DNA of 64,000 bases from Cycas panzhihuaensis (Eukaryota; Plantae; Cycadophyta), in NCBI GenBank assembly GCA_023213395.1, contig CM041465.1, positions 77,569,741-77,633,740 of the forward strand, read 5' to 3'. Every line of letters starts with the position of its first letter. The first letter of the stretch is position 1. The position numbers were made by a program, and so were the translations under genes. Shown piece by piece: positions 13,011-31,200 of this stretch. Below the pieces are notes generated by a model that did not search any database, had not been told where the DNA came from, and worked only from the letters and a program-made list of their open reading frames with translations.

Positions 13011-16000
13011 CCCCTAATTGTACTTTTATACCTCTAATTACATTTATAAATACTTTTAGTCACACCTAGTTTTGATTTACTCAGTGTGCTTTTCCTTGAC
13101 ATACATCTCTCTCACAGTCTGTTTAACGAGTGACTTCACTCATTCTAAAAATTACTTAAAAAATTTTAAAAATTTTCTCCATTCCCTACCTTCCCCTCTA
13201 AAAAAGAGGTCATTTTATCCCTATCATGCCTTCCTCTACGCCTCTTTTATCTTTGTCCTTTGATATCATATTTATTCTAAATTTGGACATATGATTTGTG
13301 GTGGAAGACTTAATCCTTTCCATCTTATGTATTCATATAATAATGCTACATCTTGAAGGGATTTCAATTATGGTAATGTTGGTATCTATCATGTGTGTAA
13401 CTATTCTATTTCTCTTGTTAACTCTTTATTCATTTTTTGTATACTTCCTAACTCGGATCAATATGCTTGTACTTTTTTCCAGAATTCCCTATAACATTGG
13501 CTTTCTTTATTAGTTTTTTGGATCCAAGCACCCAAACTGTAAAACATAACATGAAGGCTTTCTAGAATATACTAATTAAAATTTTCTTTAAATTTATCTA
13601 ATTGTGGCATGAATTCATCTATATCATCCACCCATTGAAGTATAAATGCCTTTAAAGCTTCCAGCATTATTTCTGCCTCATGTAATTTTTGCTCCAACTG
13701 AACTATTCACTTTGCATTTGGTGGTGGTCATCTTATTCAATTTTTCTAATTCTATGACTAATTGTCATGTCACTTATGACAGGAATAAGGCCTTCCAGTT
13801 TCACACATCCTATGGTTCACTTTCCATAGGATTTAACCCTTCTTCTAGAATTCATTTATCTACATTTATTATATTTTTTAGGGTTGATTATTCAATTATT
13901 TAATGATTTCTTGCTACCTCTTCTCCTACACTAATTTTCTTCATTTTTGCCTTTCATATTCACTCTTGATTAGTTCTTCCTTGTAGGGATGTGGCTGGCT
14001 CTTTTTTTCTTATTCTTGTTCACTTAATTTCCTTTTTCCTAGCCTAATTTTCTCCCTCTTTTCTTCACTTTTAACTTCATCCTCCTGTTTTCTTTTCTCC
14101 TATGAGGTCTCCTCTTCTCACACTTCTATTATGTCCTTTTCTATTCTTGTACTAATTATTTAATACCATTTTTAGAGCCATCATTTTTCCCCATTTGCAA
14201 TTCTATCCATTTTTTTATCATTAGCCTTGTTGGATATGCTAGTCTAGCAAACTAGAGGAGCCTAACCTTCCTCAAGAGTCGGTAGTTGTAAATTTATGCA
14301 TTAGATAGTAATCCTTGTAGTATAGTGACATGACAAAATGTCACTAACTTTGTCATTTCCTAAATTATTTCTAGACTCTTAAGAAGGTGATATGACATGA
14401 ATTCAACCCAATTAAATTGTATCCCTTTTACAGCCTTATTAAGCATCGTCCTTAGATTTACAGGCATGTACAATTTTTTGTGTTAAAATAACCCTAGTAA
14501 AGATAAAGTGTGCTAACCACATTGTTTTTGGTGATTGAATTCTTATAATTCTTATTCTTAAATTGGTGATATATTTCTTATTTGCTTTGATGTGTTTTGT
14601 TGTTTTTTCCCTTAGTACCTTCTCATCTCGATTTATTTATTCACTTGTATTGGGTAATCTTGTTATAACTATAATGGTTTCTATATATATATCCAATATC
14701 TCTAATTGTTTGGATAATATTGAAGTTATAACACATAAAAATTTGGAAGATGAAGGAAATGTACCTATGGAGACATATTTTCTAAATCTTGCCTTTATCA
14801 TTATTATTCTCTATTTATTGTCTTCCTTTATTTACAACCATTTAATCCAAATTTAGGGATCATCATTTTCTTAGAAAATGATATTCTTCTCTATTTTGCA
14901 CTTTTCTGCCATTATCTCTATCAAGTTGCTTCATCGACTATAAAGAATTTGTGTCATTTTACACTAAAGGATTTCACTGCACGTTATCATACCAGAGTAT
15001 GGACCTATCATTGGCTCCCATCATGACCTTTGATCACATTTGATTTTATGATGGTCACACTTTTCATCATAATGGTGGCACATCCCACAATGATTATGTC
15101 ATTATAATAACAACTATAGTCTCCTTTGCATGACTTATCCTTAATTTAATTGATATTTTGACTCCTTTAGTTTTCATGTTCCTTTTTTTTCTTAATATCT
15201 ATAAGATTTCAGTCTATTATTGTTGATAAGTTTCATCAATGACTTACCATCTAATTATACCAATTTCACTACTCTATTTTCATGAATATATTTGACCTTA
15301 TAAGGTCCTAACCACTTCATTTTCATTTTCCATGGTTTTATTCTAGAACCAAATCATTTACCTTGTACTCGGGTGCTTTTAAATGTCAGTCATGTTAGGC
15401 CTTCCTCCTAGCCTTCTCTATATGTACTCCCATAAATCCTTAACTTATTCTTCATCTAACTTCATTAATTAAATTAATTACTAATTATAAGAATCTTCTT
15501 CTCCAAGCCTCACTTGTTGTGCCACTTGAAGGCTCTTTGTTTGAAATTTTAAAGGAACCACTACTTCTAGTTTGTACATGAGTTGAAAATGTGTATGCTT
15601 ATGAGGTCATTTCTTCATTGTCCTATCTACCCCCAAAACTAAATGTAATCTGTCTACCTAATTTGTAAGCTCTGCATTACAAATTTTTATTAGGGAAGTT
15701 TTTAAAATTTTGTTCGTTCTTTCTACTTGCCCATTTGCTCTAGGATAATATGGTGAAGACTTGCCATGCTAGATCAAAATTTCTGTTGTGAGGTACTTAA
15801 TAATTTGGTTAAAACAACTACCTCCTTGTACTAAACTGTATTATAATTACTTCATATAGAAATTAGGTGGTGTTCTTGGCATCACATCTCTTCATGGGCT
15901 TTGCCTTGATATATTTTGTTATAAAATTTATGGCTATCAAAATATATCAAGCATTAGTTATTCTTGTAGGAGGACTAATTAGTCCTATAAAATCAAGTCC

Positions 16001-19000
16001 CCATTTTTTGAATGGAGCTCTATCTAAAATTGGTTACAAGGGTAAATAATTATTCTTGGAAGGCTTACCTATTCACTAGTATATGTCACAAATTTTTACT
16101 TATTTTTCTATGTATTTGAATAAGGTTGGCTACTATAATCCTACTAATAACACCTTTCTTGTAGTTGTCTCACCTCCTTGATGGGCAGATGCTCCCCTTT
16201 CATGGGCTTATCTGAATATTGCCTGCACTTCATAACTTAAAATACATCTTCTTAGTGCTTCATTAGGTCTTAGTTTGTAAAGCATCCCTTACATTAGTTG
16301 GAATGGAAAAGCATCCCTAATAAAACTTTTTCTTTTAGCTTTATCCAATCTTTTTAGAGTTTGTCCTATTGCCAAATATTTAGCAATATCTTCATATCAT
16401 GAGGGGATATCTTTAATTGAAAATAATTTATGATTAGGGAAATTATCATCTACCCCTAACTCCATTTTTTTATATTAAATTCTAGATAATTGATTTGGTA
16501 CATTATGTTTCTTGCCTTTCTTTACCACAATCTTGAATCTAAGTTCTTGGAATAATAAGAGTTAATGACTAATCCTCCCCTACATAATTGGTTTATTAAT
16601 CAAATATTGCAAGACCTCATGATCTACAAAAAACATGAAAGGATTAGTTAATAAGTAATGTCTAAATTTATGCAAGGCATATATCATACCCAATCCTTCT
16701 CTTTCTATAATTGTATAGTTACATTCTACTAAAGTTAATTTCCTACTTGCAAATGTAATAGGAAGATCCATGTTCCTATCTATTGTCTAAGCCAAAACAC
16801 ATCCAATGGCATATAGTGAAGCATCCACATGTATATGGAAGAGATAGTTTCAGTCCAAAAATCTCAACACAGGTGCTTCAACTATTCTATCTTTTAAGAG
16901 ATCAAATGTTAATTGTTATTTTAATGTCCACTTTCAAACTATTATTTCTTTTAGTAGCATTTCTAAAGGATAGGCTATCTGAGCATACCCCCATATGAAT
17001 TTATGGTAGTATTCTAGTTATTTTCAAAAAAAAAAAAAACTTTTTTTTTTATGTTTTATAGAATAAAAATTTTTAAGATAACTGCAACTTTTGTTGGGTT
17101 TGTCATCATTCCTTCTTTCATTACTATGTGACCCAGTAGTGATCTAAAAGGTACCATAAAGGTTTTTTTTTTGGTTTAAATATAGGTTACTTTTTTTTTT
17201 ATAAATTTTTAATATCTCAAATTCATCAAGTGATTTTTTAACAACCCATATAGATTATAGTCATCCAAGAAGACCTCTATTATTTTTTTAATCACATCCT
17301 AAAAAATATTCAAAATCACTCTTTGAAATGTGGCTAGTACATTAGTAAGCCGAAATGGCATTACTTTATATGCATATATACGTCATTCTATTATAAAGGT
17401 AGTTTTCAACTAATCTTTAGGTGCTATCCAAACCTAATTGTAATCACTATCCATCTATGAAGGAAAACACTTCATGTCCCATAACTTATTTGAGTACATC
17501 TTTCATAAATGGTATAGGGAAGGGGTCTCTTTTTGTGGCTTTATTTTAGGCCCTGTAATTCACACAAACCCATAACTTTCCATTTCTTTTTGGTACAACC
17601 ACAATCAGGCCGACCCATTCACTATTTTCAACTTCAAAGATATATTTGACATCTAAAAACTTATCTAACTCTACTTTCACTTGTTCTTTATATTCTGGGT
17701 TCATTTTGTAGGTTCTTTGTCTCATCGGTTTGGCATTTTCTAATAGCTCAATTTTGTGCTCCTTAAGTTTTGGGGGGATTCCTTTTAAGTCCTTATAGGA
17801 TCATGCAAAAACATCTTTGTATTCTATAAAGAGTATTATTGCTTATTAGATTATATCTTCATCCCAGTAATCTCCTATGGTGATTAATTTGGGTTCTTCT
17901 TCTCAGCCAATATTTTTTTTTTTCAAATGGAGGTCCTTCCTATATACTACTTTTCCATCCTTTCGCAGTTCATAAGTAAGGATTTGATAAATTTCCCTTT
18001 GTTCATATTCTAGAACATAATATGATGGGGGAGAGACTTTTGCTTCTTCTTCTTCTTCTTGCCCTTACAATTCTTGTTTTTCTATTTAATAACAAACTTT
18101 TATTAGATCTATGACTGTTTCTACTATGGATGTTAACACTCTATGAACTAACTTAATGGGACTGAAAAATTGAAAGGTATATACCAAAATTGTAACTACT
18201 TATTCCCAGTCCTAGCTTCCTTTGTGTCTTCTTTCTTCCATTAGGTATTAGATGAGTCTGGTTCCTATAAAGGTCATGGGTAATTGATATACCCATTCCC
18301 TTTTTGTTGTCTATTCTCACTTCTAAATCATCATGCAGATTCTAACATGTCATGTTGGTTCAATATTAATCAAGGGCAACTTGTTGTTTTGGTTTTGGAA
18401 ATGAATAAAAAATAACTTCTTCATTTCTTCCTCATTAGAAAATTGATTTTTATGTGCTTTGAACTAATTTAAAGCTTTCCCATTCAAAGTTAAAGGGAAC
18501 GTATATGACTAATCAATTTCTTTATTTTTTGCAAAATTCAACAAATCTTTTTATATGATTTTTTGCCTACTCTTTTTTCTCAAAATTGAGGAAGATCTTT
18601 GAGCCCCTTGGAATTATCTAGACTCTTTTCAATGTCTTTGATTTTGTCATCTTCATTTATCGTAAGAAGTTTTGTTTTTGTTTCTTCTTTTAAATTGTCT
18701 TGATGCTACTCAAGTTGATAATAGCTTGTTATTTCTACTTCCATTCCATCTAAAGTTGTTTATAGATAATCTAGCATGTACGTTGATGAAGCTTCACTAG
18801 GAATGTGAGGTGGAGTTCTTAACATTTGAAATGTTATTTCCAAACAAGGATTTGTCATAATTGCTAGTGATGCAGTTGTTATTAATGTTGTATCCATATA
18901 ATCTACTCTTTCAATCTGAGGTCCATCCAAGCAAAGAGGAAGCACAACCCTTTTTCCTATTGTGTATAGTGTGAATGTCAATTTCCCCCAATCTTGTAGC

Positions 19001-20903
19001 ATCCCAGTTGCCAATAACCATGGCCTTCTTAACAGTGCTAGATATATTTTGTTATGGTTTTGTATTTTCACCACTATAAAATTCAAGTATACTGTGATGC
19101 CTACAATTACTACTAGTACATTGAATAATGTTCCTATTGGTCTTACTTGTAGTTGATTTTGGGAGCATATTTGCTCTTGAGTATCTATCTACAATTATTT
19201 TATAAATTATAGCTCTGAAAATGGTCATTGGTACTCTTGGATCAACAACATCCATTTTTAACATCCTCAATACTAATTTTTCAATCTAGTCTAATACTAC
19301 TTGTTGGAAATAACCAACCTCTCACCACTTAAAAACAATGGTGATAGGAATCAAGATTCATTACTTTATTAAAATGTCTTTCATTCCTTATAGTCTTTGC
19401 TATAGATTCAACTCTGGTTTTTCTTCCTAGAATGTTGTTCTCCTTTGATATACATGTCTTTTGAATCTATTTGTTTATTTCATTTCTTCCTGCTATATTA
19501 TTTTCATAGCTTCTTGTAATACTTGTATCGCTTCTTGAAGTCTCTTTTTCTCTATGGTGGGATCTAGAAAATTATCTACTATTAGAATAAATGTCATTTT
19601 ATTACTTCTTACCTACATATATACTGGTTGTTCCATATCCAGTATCTTTGTTGCTAGGTTGGAAGTCTATATTTTTGAATTAGGAATTTTTAGGCAATTA
19701 CTCCATTCATGGTCTATCAGACCACATTCTTCATAGATATAATCTCCTTGTTGTTTTTGTAGTGGATAGTCTACCAAAAAATGGTCCCATCTAGAACTCA
19801 AATGGCACCTTACTAGTTTTGCCTTTTCTTTATATTACTTAAAGGATTTCTGCTCTCCCTTCTGATAAAATGAATCTTGTGCTTCATTCCATGGTGCCTT
19901 ATGATAACATTCCTAGGTATTGTGCTTACTTTATTTACAAATTTTATACCATATTTTCTCTAGGACATTTTAATGTTCATTCCTAAAATGTCCAGCTTGA
20001 CCACATGGTGGTGCACACCAAACATTTTTTTGGGTCTTTTCTAGTTTTAATTTAGCTAATTCAAATCTTAATTACTCAATCTCTTAGCTCTGCTACATTA
20101 CCAAGGGAAAGGATAATGGGGGTTGTTGCTTCAGGGTTTCAATTTCTCTTTTTAGAGATTTTTACTTTATTCCCATTTATCCTCAAATTACAAAATTGAC
20201 CCCATCATGAACCCTGGCTGTAAGTATCTTGTTTTTATTTGATTTTTGAATTTCAAGGCTAATTCCTTTACTTGCCTATAATTGCTCATCACATGTAACA
20301 TGACCTTCTCCTTAAACTAGGGCAAGAGTCCTTAAACAAAATATTTTAAAGACAACATGGGATTTTTTGGAACTAAAGGATCTATTTTGTTCATTATTAT
20401 TCTTAATCTACCATCAAAATCATTTACTCACTCACCTAGAATGTAGCACTCTAAAATATGGTCAAAGGTATAGCCTATGAGCATTCAAATGAAACGTCTC
20501 TGAATGACGATTCCAACAGTTTAGACGAAAGTTAATTCTGACATCCCTATCAAAAGTTATGACCATTTAAAGTCAGCCTACTAATTTTTAGAGAAGTTAT
20601 GGCCAACTTCTCATGATTATATTGGGCGCACTCCTCCCTACTCTGGCCAACTTTATTTTGTCCCAGTTTGTGCACCTATATATGGTGACTTTGAGATCAT
20701 TTGAAATTATCAATTTATAAAGCTTTTTCTTCTTCATTTTCAACCTTAAGGCAAGTGCAGATTTTTATTCTCAGGGCTACAAATTTTGGGAGGATCCCTG
20801 CCTTGAAGGGTTTGGTGATTGTTGCAGGTAGTACAAGTACTCTGTTAGAACTCTACTTATATTTTGTATATTTTGGTATTGTATTTTTGTATTTAACCTA
20901 TAA

Positions 20904-21578
20904 TTGGACAAATATAAACAAGTATTCGAAGAACCAAAAGGATTACCTCCAGTAAGAGAGACTCAGCACGTGATTGATTTAATCCCAGGAGCAGCACTGG
21001 TGAACATAAGGCCGTACATGCATCCATACCACATGAGGAAAGAGATCGAGGACATAACCATAGAATTACTTACACACAACCATATTCAGACTAGCATAAG
21101 CTTGTTTGTATCCCCGGTGGTTGTTAGCCTTAAGAAAGACAGCATAATTAGGATGTACATAGATTACAGGGGATTAAACAAGTTGACTGTAAAAAATAGA
21201 TATCCTATCCCCATGATTGATGACCTACTAAACGAAATACATGGAGCAAAATACTTCTATAAGATAGACGTCCAATCGGGATACCATCAAATTCAGGTAA
21301 AAGATAGGGATGTCCACAAGACAGTATTCAGAACTCATGAGGGACTGTTTGAATTCAAAGTGATGCCATTTGGTTTAACCAACGCTCCAGCAACATTCCA
21401 AACCACTATGAATTCCACATTCAAGGAATGTTTGAGGAAATTCATACTAATCTTTTTCAATGATATCCTCATTTACAGTAAAACATGGAGAGAACATTTA
21501 GAACACCTGAGATTAGTCCTAGAAATTTTAGCAAAAGGTTTATTCTTTGCAAACAAGAAAAAATGCTCTTTTGTCTAA
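20904..21578 (+). pseudogene. Gypsy reverse transcriptase fragment
   Basis: DYRGLNKLTVKNRYPIPMIDDLL, KIDVQSGYHQI, VMPFGLTNAPATFQ; catalytic FFDD mutated to FFND; ends at a premature stop. Confidence 0.93.
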
Positions 21579-23732
21579 TAGGAACTTGATTACCTCAGTC
21601 ATATCATTACTCCAAATGGAATCAAGGTTGACCCCAAGAAGGTTCAAGCAATAATAGAATGGCCAGCACCAAAGAATGTCACGAGAGTTCGCAACTTCTT
21701 AGGAGCAGTCGGATACCTCAGGAAATTCATAAGAGGATATGCTAACATAGCAGCTCCACTTACAGATCTGATAAAAAAGGATGCTTTCACATGGAACAAA
21801 ATGGCCAACAAGGCCTTTGAAGAACTGAAAAGCGCAATGGTGAGAGCCCCAGTTTTAGCAGTCCCAGACTTCTCAAAACCATTCATCTTGGAATGCAATG
21901 TTTCAGGGTTTGGCATAGGAGTCGTCCTATTACAAGATGAAAGACTGATAGCGTACGAAAGTAGGAAGTTGAATAACAAAGAAAAGTTAAAACCCATCTA
22001 TGATAAGGAGATGCTACCAATAATGCATGCGATTAACCAGTGAAGATAGTATTTACTAGGCAACTCCTTCCAAGTACGAATAGACCACGATAGTCTCAAA
22101 TACTTCTTAAATTGGAAGACATTGTCAAACAAACAACAAAAGTGGGTGAGCAAATGATAAACATTTGATTTCTCCATTGTGTACAAAAAGGGCAAAGATA
22201 ATGTCATAGAAAACACCCTCTCAAGAATTCTAGAAGAAACTCACAAGAAATCAATACTACATACAATATCAGTGGCTACTCCAGTCTAGCATGAGACATT
22301 AAAGAAGGAATACGACAATGATCTGAAGTATAAACAATTGATCGACAAAGTAAGGGAGGACAAAACTAGCTCATATGAGATACAACATGGAGTAATACTC
22401 AAAAAGGAAAGATCTGCATTCCTAAAAGATCAGGGCTAAAGGAGATAATATTATAAGAAGGCCATTCCACACTGATAGCAGGTCACACAGGGATTGACAA
22501 GACATACAAGAAGATAAGAGCTTCATTTTACTAGACAGTATTAAAAATAGACATTCAAAAGTTCGTGGAAGAATGTGATACCTGTCAATGAAATAAGATT
22601 GAATGCATAAAAACACCAGGGTTACTCTAGCCATTGCCAATGCTAGAATAAAAATGGGACGAAATATCCATGGATTTTATAACCAGATTACCCTGCTCTA
22701 AAGGAAAGGACGTAATTCTGGTCATCATAGATCGCCTCACTAAATATGGCCATTTTAGAGGACTGAAATTGACAGCTAAGGTCAGTGACGTGGCAGAACT
22801 ATATATGAAGGAGATCCATAGGTTGCATGGTTTTCCTAAAGCAATTTTAAGTGACTGTCACCCAAAATTTACTAGTAAATTTGGCAGGATCTATTCAAAA
22901 TTACAGGCACAAAACTCAAGATGAACACATCATACCATCCTCAGATGGATGGACCAAATAGAGATTGTCAATAAATTCTTAGAATGATACTTGGAAACTT
23001 CTACTCAGACAAACAAAAATAATGGCATCAATGGTTACATTTAGCAGAATGGTGGTACAACACCACATATCATTCTTCAACAAAAATAACACCTTTCTAG
23101 GCTTTGTATGGCTATATACCACCATCATTATTAACCTGGAATAGACCTTCATGGGTCCAGGCAGTCAAAGAACATTGGAAGAAAAATGGAAGAAACCATC
23201 AACAAATTGAAGGATAACCTAACAATTGCACAAAACAGATTGAAACAATAGGCTGATCTAAAATGCTCAGAATGACAATTTGCAGTAGGAGATTGGGTCT
23301 TCTTATGCCTTTAGCCATACAAATAGATGTCCTTACAGAAAATAAATAATTAAAAGCTAGCACCTAGATACTTTGGTCCTTACAAAATCACTTCCAAAGT
23401 AGGTGAAGTCGCCTACCAGTTAGAACTCCCAGAAAACACAAAGATTCACAACGTTTTCCATGTATCCTATCTAAAGAAGAAAATTGGAAAAAAGATCATT
23501 CCTCAATCCAACATACCAAAGCTTGATGAGGAAGGAAAGATGATGCTAGAACCTAAAGGAATCTTACAATCCTACACCCAATCTCTTAGGTCCAAACAGA
23601 TCAAAGAGCACCTAATCAAATAGAAGAACCTGGATATTAAAGATGCCACTTGGGAAAATGACGAATGGTTAAAATAATTTTTGAGCCTACCAATGCTTTG
23701 AGGGCAAAGCACAATTTCAAGGGGAGGAGACT

Positions 23733-24351
23733 TGTAGCACTCTAAATTATGGTCAAAGGTATAGCATATGAGCATTCAAATGAAAGGTATCTGAATGATG
23801 ATTCCAATGGTTTAGACAAAAGTCAATTTTGACATCCTTATCAAAAGTTATGACCACTTAAGTCAGCCTGCCAATTTTTAGAGAAGTTGTGGCTGACTTC
23901 TCATGATTATATTGGGCACACTCCTCCCTGCTCTGGTTGACTTCATTTTGTCCCAATTTATGTGCCTATATATGGGGACTTTGAGATCATTCAGAATTAT
24001 CCATTTGTGAAGCTTTTTCCTCTTTATTTTTGGCCTTAAGGCAAGTGCAGATTCTTGGCCTTAGGGCTACAAATTCTGGGAGGATCTCCATCTCGAAGGG
24101 TTTGGTGATTGTTGCAGATAGTACAGGTACTCTATTGGAACTCTACATATATTTTGTATATTCTGGTATCGTATTTTTATATTTAACCTATAATTGGAGA
24201 TATAATTTTAGATCAAAAGGTGTTTGTCATCTAGGAATTCGCTCTATTTCGTTTTAGTATTTATGGACTTTTTCTCTATTATTGTTCTATTTCTGTGAAT
24301 TCACCCTACTCTACTCTTTTTTCTGTCCAATTAGGTAAAGGACTTACTACA
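23733..24351 (+). repeat. Complete 3' LTR of the chromovirus (619 bp); 5' copy 20442-20908 is truncated
   Basis: Colinear with 20442-20908 up to ...aacctataattgga; TG...CA termini. Confidence 0.95.
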
Positions 24352-24414
24352 TAGAATTTATTGAATTTCTTATAGGGATTATAATTGAAACCTATTCAAA
24401 AATTATGTATAAAT

Positions 24415-28279
<3,865 letters not shown>

Positions 28280-28280
<1 letters not shown>

Positions 28281-31200
28281 GATGGTGTTCTACTTGCTCT
28301 TCCTGTCCACCCTTGTCTCTTGTAGATTTGATCTAAGTATAAATGTAAATAATCAAACTCTCTGTGTCATTCACCCTCCTTCAAATGTTGTGGTTATGAC
28401 CAGAATTCTTGATAGCAAACTTTTTTATCTAACCGGGTCACCATCTTCTGAAGCTGACTATGTTGATGATGAGTCTACTTTTACCACAACCCTGACTCCT
28501 CAAAAGTTGTCCCAAGCAACCCTATGGCATGCTCATATGGGCCATATCAAAATTGATCGTTTAAGAGAACTACATGCCACTCTTCCTGGTATGTCTAGGT
28601 TCTCCTATAAGCCCTTCAAATGCGAAGCATGTATTATTGCCAAATCTCAAAGACAACCCTTTTCTCGTAGTCAATAGAAATCTAACCAACCTTTGTAGCT
28701 TGTACACTCAGATATATGTGGTCCTATGCCCATCCCTTCTCTCAAACATAAGTGGTACTATATTACTTTCATTTATGATTTTACCAAAAAAGTATGGGTT
28801 GCTTTTCTTGCAAAGAAATATGAAGCTTTTTCTATGTTTCAAGTTTTTAAGGCCCGCATGAAAAATGACTCTGGAATCAAGATCAAAATACTCAAGACTG
28901 ACAATGGTGGCATGTACACATTCAATGAGTTTAAATCGTACCTATGTCAACATGGAATTAAACATCAGACTACTATTGCAGGTACATCCCAACAAAATAG
29001 AGGTGTCGAGTGCATGAATAGGACCATCATGAAGATGGATCGTGCTATGCTAGTATATAAGAATATTCCTATCTATCTTTGGGATGGGGCTATCTGGATT
29101 ACTGTGTATTATATAAACACTATTAGTCTCTTTAAGCTCAGCCTCTCTCCACATGAAATACGTTATGGAGAAACCCCCTTTATCTCCCATTTCAAATTTT
29201 TTGGCTCTACTTATTATGCTTACATTCTGGAGGAACATAGAAACAAGCTCCAAGATAGATCCATCAAAGTTATCTTTGTCAGATGCCCTATGGACAAAAA
29301 GGGGTACAAGGTTTTCATACCTTCACAATGTAAAATCATCATTACTAGAGATGCTATCTTTATAGAGACTGGAGATTAATTACTTAGACTTGACTCTAAG
29401 ACGCCTTTATACCGATTTAATGATGTTACTAAATTTGATGTCTAGATTCCAAAATTTAGGGGGGCGGATGTTCAACAGTTGCTCAAAATCTTGGAATCTG
29501 ATAATAGAGCCTCAGAGGATATAAGTTGTAACTCTCAACTAATGTGTACACATCCAACACCATCATTTATGAACAATCAAGTTGACAAAGGCAAAGCCAT
29601 AGCAGAAGGATCATCTTCTTTAACATTTGTGGCTAGTCCATCTTCTCCAGCATCATCAACTTCTTCCGTGTCAAACATTTTACATGATCCTTTTTAGGAT
29701 CAAAACGAAGACCAAGAAGCTGTGGAAATGAAAATCTCATTCCCAACTTGAGGTTTTTGTGAAGCCTACCAGTTACATAAGGACATGTGACTAGATGATG
29801 TAGGCAAAATTAGCACTAAAAGTGTCCATAGAGTAAAGATGTATGAATCACTTTCTATTGAGCTTGAACCAAGAAGTTGTAAAGCATGCAGCTTAGAGAA
29901 ATGTCATGAATGAAGAGTACTAATCTCTTATCAAGAATGGTACATGGGAGCTTACTGATCTACCACTTGGAAGAAAGATAATTCAAAATAAATGGGTGTT
30001 AAAAAGTAAGTACAAATTAGATGGCACCCTAGAAAAACACAAGGCAAGGTTGGTAGCAAAAGGATTCATGCAAAGGGAAGGCATCAGCTACACTGAAATC
30101 TTTGCTCTTACAACCAAGTGACCTACAATCAGAACTCTTATAGCCTTTCTTGCTCAATAGGGTTGGAAAATCCACCAACTTGATGTTAAGACCACATTTC
30201 TCAATTGGGACCTTAAAGAAGAAATTTATATGACTCAACTAGAAGGACACGAGATTGTCGATCAGGAGCATAAGGTTCGCAGGCTCAGGAAGTCCTTGTA
30301 TGGCCTAAAGCAAGCCCCTCATGCTTGGTTTACTAAGTTATTTAAAAGAATGAGGCCACTTGTATATGACGTTTATGACTATCAAGATATTAATGCAACA
30401 TTATTCATCAAGTGCTAAAGTGATAAAGTCACTTACCTTTTAATCTTTGTGGATGATATGCTAATAATGGGGAATAGTGAACAGGTAATTAACCAGTTGA
30501 AAAAGGACCTTGCTAAAACTTTTGAATTATTTGATCTCAGGTTGATGAAATATTACTTGGTAATTGAAGTAACTCAAAAGAATGGTAAAATCTTTCTCTC
30601 CTAAGAAAATTATATTAACGATCTTCTGACAAAGTTTCAGTTGGAAAGTGCTTGACAGTGGATACACCTATGTAGTGTAATATTAAATTCTTAATTGATG
30701 GTGATATTAGGGAGGCAGACACAACACTCTATAGGCAACTTGTAGGTAGTCTTATTTATACTACTAACATAAGGCTAGATATTGCACACTCTATCAACAT
30801 TCCTACAAGATTTGTGATAAATTCTAAGCAGAATTATTGGCAAGCTGTAATACGAGTGTTGAGATACCTGAAGACAACCATCAAATATGGTTTGTTATAT
30901 GAACCTAATATAGAATTTAAATTTTATGCATACACAAACTCAGATTTTGTCAAAGATAAAGACACAGGAAGATCTACATTTGGGTACGTAACATTTTTTC
31001 GAACAGCACCAATATCATAGAGATCTAGATGGTAGAAGATAGTTGCAGACTCAACTGTTGAAGCTGAGTATATTGCTGCTTCTGAGACAAGCAAGGAGGT
31101 GATATGGATTAGAAAATTGTTGAATACATTAAATACCACCCAAACAAGTTCTATTAGCTTACATATAGAAAATCAATATATAATCCAAATCGTTAAATTT

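Larger units (their letters stand above)
20442..24351 (+). mobile_element. Ty3/Gypsy chromovirus with internal deletion (no PBS, gag or protease)
   Basis: LTRs start TGTAGCACTCTAAA at 20442 and 23733; element ends TACTACA at 24351; perfect TSD TAGAA; PPT AAGGGGAGGAGA ~23719-23730. RT 20904-21578, RNase H 21801-22230, integrase (MDFITRLP) from 22670, YFGPY ~23370, chromodomain-like EPKGIL...EHLIK*KNLDIKDATWE ~23549-23660. Confidence 0.95.
12297..24414 (-). mobile_element. Ty3/Gypsy non-chromovirus retrotransposon, decayed, 5' end missing; interrupted by 20442-24351
   Basis: Minus strand: 3' LTR 13010-12297 (TGTC...GACA) preceded by TTAGGGG. Integrase with KWLGPY ~15250; RNase H PITFASRKL..ECNY..EREGL..YALHKFRHYLL at 16580-16771; RT EVFLDD at 17260-17277; protease-like IIVDRYSRANML ~19190; gag Cys/His knuckles ~19700-20020. 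Gag EIQ*ILGE*VNDFDGRL reads across the 20441/24357 junction. PR-RT-RH-IN order. Confidence 0.88.

Noticed and set aside
14323-14346. 9-bp hairpin TAGTGACAT-gacaaa-ATGTCACTA
   Set aside because: Short enough to arise by chance in 64 kb of AT-rich DNA; no supporting context.
13072-14856. Hydrophobic + strand ORFs resembling membrane proteins (13298, 13646, 14563)
   Set aside because: They are the T-rich antisense of a purine-rich minus-strand TE region; no recognisable motifs or splice structure.
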